A stretch of 58,306 nucleotides of DNA from Candidatus Limnocylindrales bacterium (lineage in GTDB: Bacteria; Chloroflexota; Limnocylindria; Limnocylindrales; CSP1-4): NCBI GenBank assembly GCA_052144055.1, contig JBKQRF010000172.1, positions 1 to 58,306 of the forward strand, given 5' to 3'. The notes under the pieces are model-generated. The model saw only the letters and a list, made by a program, of their open reading frames with translations, did not search any database and was not told the origin of the DNA. Within the stretch, counting starts at the first letter, position 1. Each line of letters begins with the position of its first letter. A program made the position numbers and the translations under genes. This document shows, piece by piece, positions 58,212 through 58,306 of the stretch.

Positions 58212-58306
58212 TCAAGCCCTGATTTCGGCGGCCTGCAGATCGAGCAGCATGGTCCGGTAGACCACATCGGCGAGGTGGCGCTTGAGGCAGCGGAGTGCCT
58301 CGCGCC
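58212..58306 (-). mobile_element. 3' end of an IS110-family transposase gene (partial, enters window from the right)
   Basis: Manual translation gives REALRCLKRHLADVVYRTMLLDLQAAEIRA followed by TGA (58212-58214). ALRCLKR.L.DVVYR is the characteristic C-terminal motif of IS110/IS1111 DEDD transposases, recalled from memory. Confidence 0.5.

Overview
This 58.3-kb, visibly GC-rich window (GC not computed) is almost entirely core housekeeping genes. I call about 55 genes, and all but three (rpmB, an LCP-family gene, a REC-CpaE-like gene) are on the minus strand. Read right to left, the minus strand carries these blocks. (a) IS110-type transposase 3' end, tRNA-Leu(UAA), rpsF-ssb-rpsR, ilvE. (b) A decayed GT2 glycosyltransferase pseudogene, then ileS-lspA-rluD-gmk-priA-def-fmt-rlmN-rpe and dtd. 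(c) yloU(asp23)-yloV-recG-rsmD-coaD, a coiled-coil gene, then yceD-rpmF-plsX-asp23-nusB-acpP-rnc-smc-ftsY-ffh. (d) A DUF3352-like membrane protein, rpsP-KH-rimM-trmD-rplS-rnhB and a yraN remnant. (e) rpsB-tsf-pyrH-frr-uppS-cdsA-dxr-rseP-ispG-proS, then nusA-ylxR-infB-rbfA-nrnA-truB. This order is the translation and envelope neighbourhood conserved in Firmicutes and Actinobacteria, packed very tightly with many 4-nt GTGA/ATGA stop-start overlaps. I found no defence island, CRISPR array, prophage or clearly novel multi-gene system. Observations worth a second look: (1) four conserved genes with disrupted reading frames, the GT2 synthase being the heaviest (three in-frame TAG codons plus at least three frameshifts); (2) a conserved coiled-coil gene that appears to start at ATC; (3) a recurring extended -10 box TGCTAnAnT in the few intergenic gaps, and two probable leaderless genes; (4) an attenuator-like alternative-hairpin leader before nusA, with no rimP; (5) an Rpe with a C-terminal extra domain and an Asp-to-Glu change; (6) an orphan REC-CpaE/TadZ-like ATPase; (7) a helix-closed intergenic element of about 185 nt next to a bldA-like tRNA-Leu(UAA) and an IS110 fragment. 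All calls rest on manual translation and motif recognition; no database search was run.
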